From assembly GCA_965206615.1 (NCBI GenBank), contig CBDBKI010000005.1, positions 2,387,318 to 2,451,317 on the forward strand: a DNA stretch of 64,000 bases, read 5' to 3'. This DNA comes from Candidatus Azotimanducaceae bacterium (GTDB taxonomy: Bacteria > Pseudomonadota > Gammaproteobacteria > Pseudomonadales > Azotimanducaceae). Positions 46,382-56,233 of the stretch are shown here, in pieces. Within the stretch, counting starts at the first letter, position 1; every line of letters begins with the position of its first letter. Position numbers and translations under genes: made by a program. Under the pieces are notes generated by a model. The model ran no database searches. It worked only from the letters and a program-made list of their open reading frames with translations, and was not told the DNA's origin.

Positions 46382-47322
46382 GCCGGCCGCATCCTGGGAT
46401 TGACGTACCCGTACGCGATGTCGACCGCGATATTCACGACGATGATCACCACCGTCCCCATCATCACCACCCCCTGCATGATCGGGATGTTCTGGGTGCG
46501 GACGGCGTCGATGGCGAGGGACCCGAAACCGTTCAGGCCGAACACCTGTTCCACGATCAACGCGCCGCCGAGCAGTCCGTTCACCTGGAAGCCGATGGTC
46601 GTGACGATCGGCACGGCGGCGTTCTTGAGTGCGTGGCGAAAGGTGACGGCGCGCTCGGACAGGCCCTTCGCGCGGGCGGTGCGGATGTAGTCCGTCCCGA
46701 GTACGTCGATGATCGCTCCGCGCGTCTGGCGTGCGAGCGCCGCGCTCGCGGAAGTGCCGAGCGCGACCGATGCCAGGACGATGCTGCGCAGCCACTCGAT
46801 CACGCTCTCGGTCGGCGGTGTGAAGCCGGTCGCCGGCAGGAGCTGCCACCACAGGGCGAAGGGGATCACGAGGAGGATGGCGACCCAGAAGTTGGGCAGT
46901 GCCTGCCCGACCGTCGCGCCGAGCACCGCCGCGCGGTCCACGAGGCCGCCGCGGTGCAGGCCCGCGTAGACGCCGGCCGGTACGCCGATGACGACCCCGA
47001 CCAGCATGCCCCCGAACGTCAGCGACAGCGTCACCGGCAGCGTGTCGAGCACGGCATCGATCACCGCCTGGCTGTTGTAGGCGGAGGTGCCGAGGTCGCC
47101 CTGCACGGCCTTGATCAGCCAGCGTCCGTACTGCACGACGAACGGGTCGTCGAGGCCGAGCTTCTCCCCGAGTTCCTCGTACTGCTGCGGCGTCGCGTCG
47201 ACGCCGAGGATGATGTCGCGGATGTCGCCGGGCACCAGGTGCAGCATCAGAAAGGTCAGGAAGGACACGATCAGCAGCAGGGGGGCGAGACCGGCGATCC
47301 GCGCCGCCAGGAGCTTCAGCAT
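46378..47322 (-). CDS. ABC transporter permease (DppB/OppB-like)
   Basis: MLKLLAARIAGL..., DYIRTARAKGLSERAVTFRHALKNA (EAA loop). 314 aa. Confidence 0.9.
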   Translation of the reverse strand: MLKLLAARIAGLAPLLLIVSFLTFLMLHLVPGDIRDIILGVDATPQQYEELGEKLGLDDPFVVQYGRWLIKAVQGDLGTSAYNSQAVIDAVLDTLPVTLSLTFGGMLVGVVIGVPAGVYAGLHRGGLVDRAAVLGATVGQALPNFWVAILLVIPFALWWQLLPATGFTPPTESVIEWLRSIVLASVALGTSASAALARQTRGAIIDVLGTDYIRTARAKGLSERAVTFRHALKNAAVPIVTTIGFQVNGLLGGALIVEQVFGLNGFGSLAIDAVRTQNIPIMQGVVMMGTVVIIVVNIAVDIAYGYVNPRMRPA

Positions 47323-48938
47323 GGGGTCGTCGCTTCTTCGCAGGCGCCGGCGGACCCCGGCTCGGCCCGGCCGGCGCCGGCAACGGGCGCCGCGCCGCTC
47401 CGGTCGGCAATCCGTATCTCGCGCAGCATGGGGTCGACATTGCGGCCCACCCGGACGCCCGCGAGCTTGTCCGCGTCGTAGATGACCAGGTCGTCGATCT
47501 GGAGATACACGACGGTCAGCGCGTCCTTCACTATCACGTTGAAGTACGCGCGGTAGTTCCGTTCGCGGAGTTCCTCGTCCAGGCTCGTGAGGGCTTCCGC
47601 GGCCAGTCGCTCGAGTCGCGGGTCCTCGTAGGCGAAGGGGTTGAAGGCGGCCCCGACGGACCAGATCGCCGGATGGCGGCTGTCGGGATCGAAGTTCGGA
47701 TAGCCGATCGCGTTCACCGGGTACTCGCGGGAGCGGGCGATCGCGGCGATGCTGGCCCCGTCGATGACCTTGATGCGCATGTCGATGCCGACGCGCTGCA
47801 GGTAGGCCTGCAGCGCCTCGTACGCTGCCGTACTGCCGGGTGATACGGGTATGGCGAAGGTGAACGTCTCGACGCCCGCTTCGTCCAGCAGGGCACGGGC
47901 GCGCTCGGGATCGTAGGAGAAGAACCCTTCGAGTTCCGGATTGTGTCCGAGGTTGCCGGCGGCCATGGGCTGCGAGGTGGGCCGTGCGTATCCGAAGAAC
48001 ACGGTGTCGGCGATGGCCTGGCGGTCCACGGCAAAACCGAGGGCCTGCCGGACCCTCGGGTCGCCCAGCTCCGGGACCAGTTCGCCGGCGCGGTCGAGGA
48101 TCGTGATCCCGAACCAGCGGTTCGAGGCGGAAGTGACGGCGAATCCCGCCTCCCGCGCCGGTGCGGCCTCCGCCGGCGTGACGAGGGCCATGTCGATCTG
48201 GCCGGAGATCATGGCGTTCAGGCGTGCGCGGATGTTGATGAGCAGATGGATGTCGAGCGGCGGCGCGTCGTCGAAGCCGGGCAGGAAGTAGTCCGGATTT
48301 GGCACGAAGCGCTGCACTTCGCCGTGCGTCGAGCGGTCGCGGTCGTAGATCCAGGGACCCGTGCCCACGGGGTTGAGGTCGAGGTCCGGGTTGTCGAACG
48401 CCGCGGGACTCACCATCAGCCCGGGCGAGTGGCTCAGGTTGTAGAGCAGCGTGGGGTCGGGATAGTGCAGGCGCACCCGCAACGTGTAGTCGTCCACGAC
48501 CTCTGCCGCGTCAATGGACGCGACGGTGTTGATCCGCGGCCCCTCGAGCCGGAACAGGCGGTCGATGTTGGCCTTGGCCGCATGGGCGTCGAACGGCTCG
48601 CCATCGATGAAACGGACGCCCCGGTGCAGCAAGAAGTCGATGGTCCGGTCGTCCCGCCATGTCCAGGAGGCCGCGAGACCGGGATGGGGCTTGAGCAGGT
48701 CCGCGATGTTGGTATGCGTCAGGCCGTCGTACACCAGCGTGAGGTAGGTGTAGTACTGCGGCCCGGTATCCGCCAGGTGCGGGTCGAAAGTCACCAGCGA
48801 GGTGCCGGTCCCGAAGCGGACGGTCTGCGTCGCGGTGTCCGCGAGCGGTCCGGACCCGGGCGTCGCATCGTCGCCCGGCGCGCAGCCCGGCATCGACAGG
48901 GCCGCGAGGAGCCAGACGGAAACCCGGCGGGAGAGCAC
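47316..48938 (-). CDS. Family-5 ABC substrate-binding lipoprotein, paralogue 1
   Basis: Lipobox LSMPGC, then RFGTGTSLVTFDPHLADTGPQYYTYLTLVYDGLT. GTG start 9 nt after the sulfatase stop. Confidence 0.8.
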   Translation of the reverse strand: MLSRRVSVWLLAALSMPGCAPGDDATPGSGPLADTATQTVRFGTGTSLVTFDPHLADTGPQYYTYLTLVYDGLTHTNIADLLKPHPGLAASWTWRDDRTIDFLLHRGVRFIDGEPFDAHAAKANIDRLFRLEGPRINTVASIDAAEVVDDYTLRVRLHYPDPTLLYNLSHSPGLMVSPAAFDNPDLDLNPVGTGPWIYDRDRSTHGEVQRFVPNPDYFLPGFDDAPPLDIHLLINIRARLNAMISGQIDMALVTPAEAAPAREAGFAVTSASNRWFGITILDRAGELVPELGDPRVRQALGFAVDRQAIADTVFFGYARPTSQPMAAGNLGHNPELEGFFSYDPERARALLDEAGVETFTFAIPVSPGSTAAYEALQAYLQRVGIDMRIKVIDGASIAAIARSREYPVNAIGYPNFDPDSRHPAIWSVGAAFNPFAYEDPRLERLAAEALTSLDEELRERNYRAYFNVIVKDALTVVYLQIDDLVIYDADKLAGVRVGRNVDPMLREIRIADRSGAAPVAGAGRAEPGSAGACEEATTPC

Positions 48939-48946
48939 GCCGCCCG

Positions 48947-50503
48947 CTACCAGATCAACTGCACGGTCTCGCCGTGGACCTCGGCGATCGTCGACAGCAG
49001 GGCCGGGCGGATCGGTGGGTCTGTCGGCAGGGTGGCGCCCCACTCGGCGTGCCGCGCAGCGAGCTCTTCCACCACGTCGGGATGCTGGTCGGCGAGGTTG
49101 ACGGTCTCTCCCGGGTCCGCGTCGAGGTCGTACAGCATCGTCAGGTGCCCGAGGGGCGCGTCGGTCGACCAGCCGCCGGCGGGTGCGTCGAGACGCCCCG
49201 TTGCGTTCAGGTCCCCGGCGGTCAGGCCGGTCCGCGTGTAGCGGATGAGCTTCCAGCGCGCGTCGCGAATGGCGATGTTGGGGCCGGCGCGCCAGTAGAG
49301 GTGTTCGTGGGGCCGGCCGTCGCGTTCGCCCCGGAGATAGGGCGACAGGTCCATGCTGTCCTCCGTGGTGACCGGGCTGCCGGCGGCGCCGGTGAAGGTC
49401 GCGAGCAGGTCGAGCGCGGTCACCGGTTCCTCGTAGACCTGCCCGGCCGGCAGTCCCGCGGGCCAGCTCAGGATGAAGGGAACGCGTATGCCGCCCTCGT
49501 GGTAGTAGCGCTTGAACCCCGCGTGCGGGGCGTTGGAACAGCCGCCGTCGACGTAGCTCGCGCAGCCGTTGTCCGAGAGGAAGGCGATCAGCGTGTTCTC
49601 GTACTGGCCGGTGTCGCGCAGCGCGGCGACCACGCGGGCCACGCTTTCGTCGAGGGAGCCCACCATGGCCGCGTACACCCGCGTCTTGGGATCCTCGATG
49701 TGGCGATAGGGCTCGAGATACCGGTCCGTCGCCTGGAACGGCGCATGCGGCGTCGCGTGACTGAGAAACAGGAAGAACGGGTCGTCGCGGTGGCGTTCGA
49801 TGAAGGCGACCGCCTCGTCGGTGAACGCGTCCGTCAGGTACTGCTCCACCTCGACCCGCTCGAAACCGCGGTACAGGGCAAAGTCGTCGGAGCGCTCCGT
49901 CAAGGGGGCGCCGACGGTCTCGGTGCCGGGCGTGCGCGAGTCGATGAAGATGTTGCTCCCGGCCGGGTAGCCGAAGTACTCGTCGAAACCGCGGCTCATC
50001 GGGTGGTGTTCGCGCCGGTAGCCGAGATGCCACTTGCCGACGATGCCCGTGGCATAGCCGAGGGACTTCAGCGCCTCGGCCACGGTGGTTTCCGCCGTGC
50101 TCATGCCGTACTCCTGGTCGTCCCCCCCGGTGGGGTTGAACTCCCAGCCATGACGCGCCTGGTAGCGGCCGGTGAGGATCCCGGCCCGCGACGGACTGCA
50201 CGTGGGATGGGTGACGTATCCGTCGGTCGCGCGCACGCCCGTGGCGGCGAGGGCGTCGATGTTCGGGGTGGAGATGACCTCGCCGCCATAAACGCCGACG
50301 TCGCCGATGCCGAGGTCGTCGGCGAAGATCAGCACGATGTTGGGGGCACCCTCCGCCGCCGCGGCGGCCGCAGGTCCGGAGGCGGCCGGTTCGGCGGCGT
50401 CATTGGTCGCGGTCGGTGGTTCGGAGCAGCCGGCAAGGAAGAGCGCCGCCGTCCCCAACAGGCAACGCCAAGACCTGCGCGAACTGGTGTGGAGCGCGTT
50501 CAT
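48947..50503 (-). CDS. Cys-type (formylglycine) sulfatase lipoprotein, paralogue 1
   Basis: Lipobox FLAGC, NIVLIFADDLG, CSPSRAGILTGRY, GKWHLG. Confidence 0.9.
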   Translation of the reverse strand: MNALHTSSRRSWRCLLGTAALFLAGCSEPPTATNDAAEPAASGPAAAAAAEGAPNIVLIFADDLGIGDVGVYGGEVISTPNIDALAATGVRATDGYVTHPTCSPSRAGILTGRYQARHGWEFNPTGGDDQEYGMSTAETTVAEALKSLGYATGIVGKWHLGYRREHHPMSRGFDEYFGYPAGSNIFIDSRTPGTETVGAPLTERSDDFALYRGFERVEVEQYLTDAFTDEAVAFIERHRDDPFFLFLSHATPHAPFQATDRYLEPYRHIEDPKTRVYAAMVGSLDESVARVVAALRDTGQYENTLIAFLSDNGCASYVDGGCSNAPHAGFKRYYHEGGIRVPFILSWPAGLPAGQVYEEPVTALDLLATFTGAAGSPVTTEDSMDLSPYLRGERDGRPHEHLYWRAGPNIAIRDARWKLIRYTRTGLTAGDLNATGRLDAPAGGWSTDAPLGHLTMLYDLDADPGETVNLADQHPDVVEELAARHAEWGATLPTDPPIRPALLSTIAEVHGETVQLIW

Positions 50504-52251
50504 GGCGGGGGCCCTGGGGATTCGAGGTCGTTCGAGTCTAGCAGTCCGGCGGACTCAAGTCTGCGCAGGGACGCGTCCGCGGCGGCCGGTCCGACGCCGG
50601 TGGAGCGGGCTAACGCCCTGGCGGCGGGTTTGACCCGTATCTCGCGCAGCAGGGGGTCGATGTAACGGCCGATCCGGACGCCAGTGAGCTTGTCCGCGTC
50701 ATAGATCACCAGGTCGTCGATCTGGAGGTACACCAGCGTGAGCACGTCCTTCACGACGACGTTGAAGTACTCGCGGTAGTTCCGCGCGCGCAGGTCCTCG
50801 TCCAGGCTGCGGATGGCTTCCGCGGCCAGCCGCTCGAGCCGCGGGTCCTCGTAGCCGAACGGGTTGAAGCCGGCGGTGACCGACCAGATGGCCGGATGGC
50901 GGCTGTCCGGATCGAAGTTCGGATAGCCGATGGTGTTCACGGGGTAGTCGCGGCTGCGGGCGAGCGCGGCGACGCTCCCGGGCTCGATGACCCTGATGCG
51001 CATGTCGATGCCGACGCGCCGGAGGTAGGCCTGCACGGTCTCGTACTGGGGGATGCTGCCGGCCGTCACGGGCACCGTGAACGTGAACGTGTCGATGCCC
51101 GCTTCGTCGAGCAGGGCCCGGGCACGGGCGGGATCGTAGGAGAAGAACGCCTCGAGTTCCGGGTCGTGCCCCAGGTTGCCGGGTGCCATCGGCTGCGAAG
51201 TGGGCCGCGCGTACCCGAAGTACACGGCGTCGGCGATGGCCTGGCGGTCCACGGCGAAGCCGAGGGCCTGCCGGACCCTTGCGTCGCCCATCTCGGGCAC
51301 CAGGTCGCCCGCGCGGTCCAGGATCGTCATCCCGAACCAGCGGTTTGCCCGGGAAGTGACGGCGAATCCTTGGTCCCGCGCCGGTTCGGCCTCCGTCGGT
51401 CCGACGATCGCCAGATCGATCTGGCCGGAGATCAGCGCGTTCAGGCGTGCGCGGTTGTTGACGAGCTCGTGGACGGCGATGGCCGGCGCGTCGGAGAAGG
51501 CGGGATCCCAGTAATCCGGGTTCGGTACGAAGTGCAGGACCTCGCCGAGGGTCGAACGGGCACGGTCATACAGCCAGGGGCCCGTACCCACCGGGTTGAG
51601 GTCGAGATCCGGGTTGTCGAACGCGGCGGGGCTCACCATCAGGCCCGGCGACAGGCCGAGGTTGTACAGCAGCGTCGGGTCCGGATAGTGCAGGTGCAGC
51701 CGGAGCGTGTACTCGTCCAGGACTTCCGCGGCGTACATGGACGCGACGGTGTTGATCCGAGGTCCCTTGAGCTCCATCAGGCGATCGATGTTCGCCTTGG
51801 CGGCGTGGGCGTCGAACCGCTCGCCGTCGATGAAGCGGACGCCCCGGCGCAACGTGAGGTCGATGGTGTTGTCGTTGGGCCACGTCCAGGACGTCGCGAG
51901 GCCCGGATCCGGCTCGAAGGGGCTCTCGATGTCGAGGCCCGTCAGGCCGTCGTACACGAGCGTGAGGTAGGTGGAGAACTGCGGCCCCGTGTCGGCCAGG
52001 TGCGGGTCGAAGGTCACCATCGAATTCGAGGTCCCGAAACGCAGGGTCTGCGCGGTCGTCACGACGGGAAGTCCCGACCTGGCCACCTGGTCGTCGTCCG
52101 AGCAGGCGGGGAGCCACAGGCATGCGAGCAGGAGTAGGGGACGGGCTTGTCCCGTCCCGTGCCGAACTACCCACGATACCCGGCGGCGGGCGACGACGAG
52201 CGTCGCCCCCACAGGTCTGTTCCGTGCAGCACAGGAAGTGGCGTTCGGCAC
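50500..52251 (-). CDS. Family-5 ABC substrate-binding lipoprotein, paralogue 2 (start uncertain)
   Basis: Lipobox WLPAC, then RFGTSNSMVTFDPHLADTGPQFSTYLTLVYDGLT. The only in-frame ATG/GTG codons upstream of the lipobox lie inside or beyond the REP element at 52134-52212. Confidence 0.75.
   Translation of the reverse strand: MPNATSCAARNRPVGATLVVARRRVSWVVRHGTGQARPLLLLACLWLPACSDDDQVARSGLPVVTTAQTLRFGTSNSMVTFDPHLADTGPQFSTYLTLVYDGLTGLDIESPFEPDPGLATSWTWPNDNTIDLTLRRGVRFIDGERFDAHAAKANIDRLMELKGPRINTVASMYAAEVLDEYTLRLHLHYPDPTLLYNLGLSPGLMVSPAAFDNPDLDLNPVGTGPWLYDRARSTLGEVLHFVPNPDYWDPAFSDAPAIAVHELVNNRARLNALISGQIDLAIVGPTEAEPARDQGFAVTSRANRWFGMTILDRAGDLVPEMGDARVRQALGFAVDRQAIADAVYFGYARPTSQPMAPGNLGHDPELEAFFSYDPARARALLDEAGIDTFTFTVPVTAGSIPQYETVQAYLRRVGIDMRIRVIEPGSVAALARSRDYPVNTIGYPNFDPDSRHPAIWSVTAGFNPFGYEDPRLERLAAEAIRSLDEDLRARNYREYFNVVVKDVLTLVYLQIDDLVIYDADKLTGVRIGRYIDPLLREIRVKPAARALARSTGVGPAAADASLRRLESAGLLDSNDLESPGPPP
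52134..52212. repeat. REP-like double-hairpin element, copy c
   Basis: GTAGGGGACGGGCTTGTCCCGTCCC ... GGGCGACGACGAGCGTCGCCCCCAC. Confidence 0.7.
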
Positions 52252-52266
52252 CGATCGTCGTATCTG

Positions 52267-53823
52267 CTAGTAGATCAACTGCACGACCTCGCCGTCGACC
52301 TCGGCGAGGGTCGACCCCAAGGCGGGCAGGATTGCCGGGTCCGTGGGCAGGGTGTCGACCCACGCCGCGTGCTGCGCCGAGAGCCGTTCGACCACGTCGG
52401 GATGTCGGCTGGCCAGGTTGACGGTCTCTTCCGGGTTCGCGTCGAGGTCGTAGAGCATCGTCACGTGCCCGAGCGGCGCGTCGGCCGACCAGCCGTCGGC
52501 CGGCGGCGTGAGGCGCCCGGCCTCGCCGAGGTCTTCGGCCGTCAAGTCCGTCCGCCGGTAGCGGATGAGCTTCCAGCGCTCGTCACGGATGGCCGCGGTC
52601 GGGCCGGCGCGCCAGTACAGGTGGTCGCGGGGCCGCCCGTCGCGTTCTCCCCGGAGATACGGCAACAGGTCGACGCTGTCCTCCGTGGTCACGGCGTTTC
52701 CGGCGGCGCCCGTGAACGTCGCCAGCAGGTCGAGCGAGATCACCGGCTCCCCGTAGACCTGGCCGGCCGGGAGCCCGGCCGGCCAGCTCAGGATGAACGG
52801 AATCCGCACTCCACCCTCGTGGTGGTACCGCTTGAAGCCTGCGTGCGGGGCGTTGGAGCAGGCCTGGCCGATGTAAGCCGCGCAGCCGTTGTCCGACAGG
52901 AAGGCGATCAGGGTATTGTCGTACTGGCCGATCTCCCGGAGCGTGGCCACGACACGGGCGACGCTCTCGTCGAGGGACCCCACCATCGCCGCGTAGACGC
53001 GCGTGGCCGGATCCTCGATATGCCGATACGGCTCGAGATAGCGCTCCGTCGCCTGCAGCGGCGTGTGCGGGGTGGTGTGGCTGAGGTAGAGGAAGAACGG
53101 CTCCTCGCGGTGGCGGTCGATAAAGGCGACCGCCTCGTCGGTGAACGCGTCGGTCAGGTATTCCTCCACCTCGACGGTTTCGAAGCCGCGCGACACCCCG
53201 TAGCGCTCCGGCCGCTCCGTCAACGGTCGACCGACGGTCTCCGTGCCCGGCGTGCGCGAGTCGATGAAGATGCTGCCCCCGGCCAGGACGCCGAAGTACT
53301 CGTCGAAACCGCGGCTCATCGGGTGGTGCTCGCGCTCGTGGCCGAGGTGCCACTTGCCCACCATGCCGGTGGCGTAGCCGAGCGCCTTGAGTTCGTTGGC
53401 GAAGGTGCTCTCGTCCGTGCTCAGGCCGGCGGTGAGGTCGCGTCCGTCCGGGTTGAACTCCCAGCCGTGGCGCGCCTGGTAGCGCCCGGTCAGCAAGCCG
53501 GCGCGGGACGGGCTGCACACGGGGTGCGAAACGTATCCTTCGGTCGCCCGCACCCCCGCGGCCGCCAGAGCGTCGATGTTCGGCGTCGAGAACACTTCTC
53601 CGCCGTAGACGCCGACGTCGCCGATGCCGAGATCGTCGGCGACGATCAGCACGATGTTGGGCGCGCGTTCGGCGGAAGCGGGCGCCGCGGAGCCATCCGC
53701 CGGCTTGGCGGAGGTTGGGGCCGGATCGCCACAACCGGCGAGCAACAGCGCCGGCAGCGCCGCGACAGCCATGCGGCGCGCGAAACGGCGGGCCGATACG
53801 ATGGGTGTGCGAGGTGGCTGCAT
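52267..53823 (-). CDS. Cys-type sulfatase lipoprotein, paralogue 2
   Basis: MQPPRTPIVSARRFARRMAVAALPALLLAGC, CSPSRAGLLTGRY. Confidence 0.9.
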   Translation of the reverse strand: MQPPRTPIVSARRFARRMAVAALPALLLAGCGDPAPTSAKPADGSAAPASAERAPNIVLIVADDLGIGDVGVYGGEVFSTPNIDALAAAGVRATEGYVSHPVCSPSRAGLLTGRYQARHGWEFNPDGRDLTAGLSTDESTFANELKALGYATGMVGKWHLGHEREHHPMSRGFDEYFGVLAGGSIFIDSRTPGTETVGRPLTERPERYGVSRGFETVEVEEYLTDAFTDEAVAFIDRHREEPFFLYLSHTTPHTPLQATERYLEPYRHIEDPATRVYAAMVGSLDESVARVVATLREIGQYDNTLIAFLSDNGCAAYIGQACSNAPHAGFKRYHHEGGVRIPFILSWPAGLPAGQVYGEPVISLDLLATFTGAAGNAVTTEDSVDLLPYLRGERDGRPRDHLYWRAGPTAAIRDERWKLIRYRRTDLTAEDLGEAGRLTPPADGWSADAPLGHVTMLYDLDANPEETVNLASRHPDVVERLSAQHAAWVDTLPTDPAILPALGSTLAEVDGEVVQLIY

Positions 53824-53897
53824 GGCTCGATGATCCCACGGAATCGACGGCGGTCCAGCGTATCATGCGGGCCGTTTGCCAACAGCGGGAGCGCGCT

Positions 53898-54329
53898 ATG
53901 TCCGAGATCCACGACCACGCCGACGAGCACAGCGACGACATCGTGGCGGCCCCGGGCCCGGAGCGCGAGGCCCTCGCGGCGCTCATCGGTTACATGGATG
54001 CCTGGAACCGGCGCGACATCGACGGCATGAACGCCGCCTTCCACTTCCCGCACGTACGCGTCGCGAGCGGGCGCATCCACCTGCTGGAGTCGCCGCTGTC
54101 GCGTGCCCCGGACTTCTTCGAGAAGTTCATCGCGGCGACGGGCTGGGACTACAGCCTGTGGGACTACCGGCGCGCCGTGCAGAGCACCGACGACAAGGTG
54201 CACTTCGCGGTGCAGTTCACGCGCTATCGCGCCGACGGCAGCGTGATCGGCGTCTATCCCTCGATGTGGATCGTCGCGGAGATCGACGGTCGTTGGGGGG
54301 TACAGGCGCGCTCGAGTTTCGCTCCGTAG
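53898..54329 (+). CDS. Small NTF2/SnoaL-like fold protein
   Basis: 143 aa: MSEIHDHADEH...LIGYMDAWNRRDIDGMNAAFHFPHVRV...IVAEIDGRWGVQARSSF. The fold call is by pattern only. It is divergent from sulfatase 2. Confidence 0.55.
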   Translation: MSEIHDHADEHSDDIVAAPGPEREALAALIGYMDAWNRRDIDGMNAAFHFPHVRVASGRIHLLESPLSRAPDFFEKFIAATGWDYSLWDYRRAVQSTDDKVHFAVQFTRYRADGSVIGVYPSMWIVAEIDGRWGVQARSSFAP

Positions 54330-54403
54330 GGGACGGGCTTGTCCCGTCCCGCGCCGGGTTCGTGCACGGTCGCGAGACGGGCGACCGCAAGGGTCGCCCC
54401 TAC
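54326..54403. repeat. REP-like double-hairpin element, copy d
   Basis: GTAGGGGACGGGCTTGTCCCGTCCC ... GGGCGACCGCAAGGGTCGCCCCTAC. It overlaps the stop codon of the NTF2-like gene. Confidence 0.7.
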
Positions 54404-54451
54404 GGGTCTGTTCCGTGCGGCAGGGGCGTTCGGCACCGATCGGGGTACCTG

Positions 54452-56008
54452 CTAGAAGATCAGCTGCACCGTCTCGCCGTCGACCTCGACGAGCGTCGAC
54501 CGCACGGCGGGCAGGATCGGCGGCTCGGTGGGCAGCGTGCCGACCCATTCGGCGTGGCGCGCGGTGAGCCGTTCGACCACGTCGGGGTGTTCGCTCGCCA
54601 GGTTGACGGTCTCGCCCGGGTCCGCGTCCAGGTCGTACAGCATCGTGAGGTGCCCGAGCGGCGCGTCGGTCGGCCAGCCGTCGGCCGGCGGGGTGAGGCG
54701 CCCGGTCTCGTCGAGGTCCTCCGACGTGAAGTCCGTGTGCCGGTAGCGGACGAGTTTCCAGCGCTCGTCGCGGATCGCCGCGTTGGGGCCCGAGCGCCAG
54801 TACAGATGGTCGTGGGGCCGGCCGTCGCGCTCGCCGCGGAGATAGGGCAGCAGGTCGACGCTGTCCTCCGTGGTCACGGCGCCGCCGGCGACGCCCGTGA
54901 ACGTCGCCAGCAGGTCGAGCGAGATCAGCGGCTCTCCGTAGACCTGGCCGGCGGGCAGTCCGTCGGGCCAGCTCAGGATGAAGGGGATCCGCACGCCGCC
55001 CTCGTGGTGGTAGCGCTTGAAGCCCGCGTGCGGGGCGTTGGAGCAGGCCTGGCCGATGTAGCCCGCGCAGCCGTTGTCCGACAGGAAGGCGATCAGGGTG
55101 TTGTCGTACTGGCCGATCTCCCGGAGCTTGGCGACGACGCGGGCAACGCTCTCGTCGAGGGAACCCACCATGGCCGCGTAGATGCGGGTCGCGGGGTCCT
55201 CGATGTGCCGGTAGGGCTCGAGGTAGCGCGCCGTCGCCTGCAGGGGCGTGTGCGGCGTCGTGTGGCTGAGGTAGAGGAAGAACGGCTCGTCGCGGTGCCG
55301 GTCGATAAAGGCGACCGCCTCGTCGGTGAAGGCGTCGGTCAGGTATTCCTCCACCTCGACCATTTCGAAGCCGCGATACACCCCGGAGCGTTCGGGCCGT
55401 TCCGTCAACGGGGGGCCGACGCTCTCCGTGCCCGGCGTGCGCGAGTCGATGAAGATGCTGCCCCCGGCCAGGACGCCGAAGTACTCGTCGAAACCGCGGC
55501 TCATCGGGTGGTGCTCCCGCTCATAGCCGAGGTGCCACTTGCCGACCATGCCGGTCGCGTAGCCGAGCGCCTTGAGTTCGTCGGCGAAGGTGCTCTCATC
55601 CGTGCTCAACCCCGCGGTGAGGTCCCGTCCGGCCGGGTTGAACTCCCAGCCGTGGCGCGCCTGGTAGCGCCCGGTCAGCATGCCGGCGCGGGACGGGCTG
55701 CACACGGGGTGCGAAACGTATCCCTCGCTCGCCCGCACCCCCGCTGCCGCGAGAGCGTCGATGTTCGGCGTCGAGATCACTTCTCCGCCGTAGACGCCCA
55801 CGTCCCCGATGCCGAGGTCGTCGGCGAAGATCAGTACGATGTTGGGCGCGCGCTCGGCGGGAGCGGGCGCCGCGGAGCCATCCGCCGGCTCGGCGGGGGT
55901 TGGGGCCGGTTCGTCACACCCGGCGAGCAGCAGCACCGGCAGCGCTGCGGCAGCAATGCGCCGCGCGAAACGGCGTGCCGATACGATCGGTGTGCGAGGT
56001 GGCTGCAT
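54452..56008 (-). CDS. Cys-type sulfatase lipoprotein, paralogue 3
   Basis: MQPPRTPIVSARRFARRIAAAALPVLLLAGC, CSPSRAGMLTGRY. Long stretches are identical to paralogue 2. Confidence 0.9.
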   Translation of the reverse strand: MQPPRTPIVSARRFARRIAAAALPVLLLAGCDEPAPTPAEPADGSAAPAPAERAPNIVLIFADDLGIGDVGVYGGEVISTPNIDALAAAGVRASEGYVSHPVCSPSRAGMLTGRYQARHGWEFNPAGRDLTAGLSTDESTFADELKALGYATGMVGKWHLGYEREHHPMSRGFDEYFGVLAGGSIFIDSRTPGTESVGPPLTERPERSGVYRGFEMVEVEEYLTDAFTDEAVAFIDRHRDEPFFLYLSHTTPHTPLQATARYLEPYRHIEDPATRIYAAMVGSLDESVARVVAKLREIGQYDNTLIAFLSDNGCAGYIGQACSNAPHAGFKRYHHEGGVRIPFILSWPDGLPAGQVYGEPLISLDLLATFTGVAGGAVTTEDSVDLLPYLRGERDGRPHDHLYWRSGPNAAIRDERWKLVRYRHTDFTSEDLDETGRLTPPADGWPTDAPLGHLTMLYDLDADPGETVNLASEHPDVVERLTARHAEWVGTLPTEPPILPAVRSTLVEVDGETVQLIF

Positions 56009-56081
56009 GGCTGGACGGTCCACGGAATCAATGTCCGTCCAGCGTAACATGCGGGCCGTTTGCCGAAACCGGGAACGCGCC

Positions 56082-56168
56082 ATGTCCGAGATCCACGATC
56101 ACGCCGACGAGCACAGCGACGACATCGTGGCGGCTCCGGGGCCGGAGCGCGAAGCCCTCGGGGCACTC
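56082..56168 (+). pseudogene. 5' remnant (about 29 codons) of a second NTF2-like gene copy
   Basis: MSEIHDHADEHSDDIVAAPGPEREALGAL matches 53898-53984. Homology then ends in a half REP element. Confidence 0.75.
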
Positions 56169-56195
56169 AACGTCCCGTCTCGAAATGCGTGCACG

Positions 56196-56233
56196 GTGCC
56201 GAGACGGGCGACCACGAGGGTCGCGCCTACGGG
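56196..56233. repeat. REP-like element, copy e (second hairpin half only)
   Basis: CGTGCACGGTGCCGAGACGGGCGACCACGAGGGTCGCGCCTAC parallels the right half of copy d. Confidence 0.55.
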
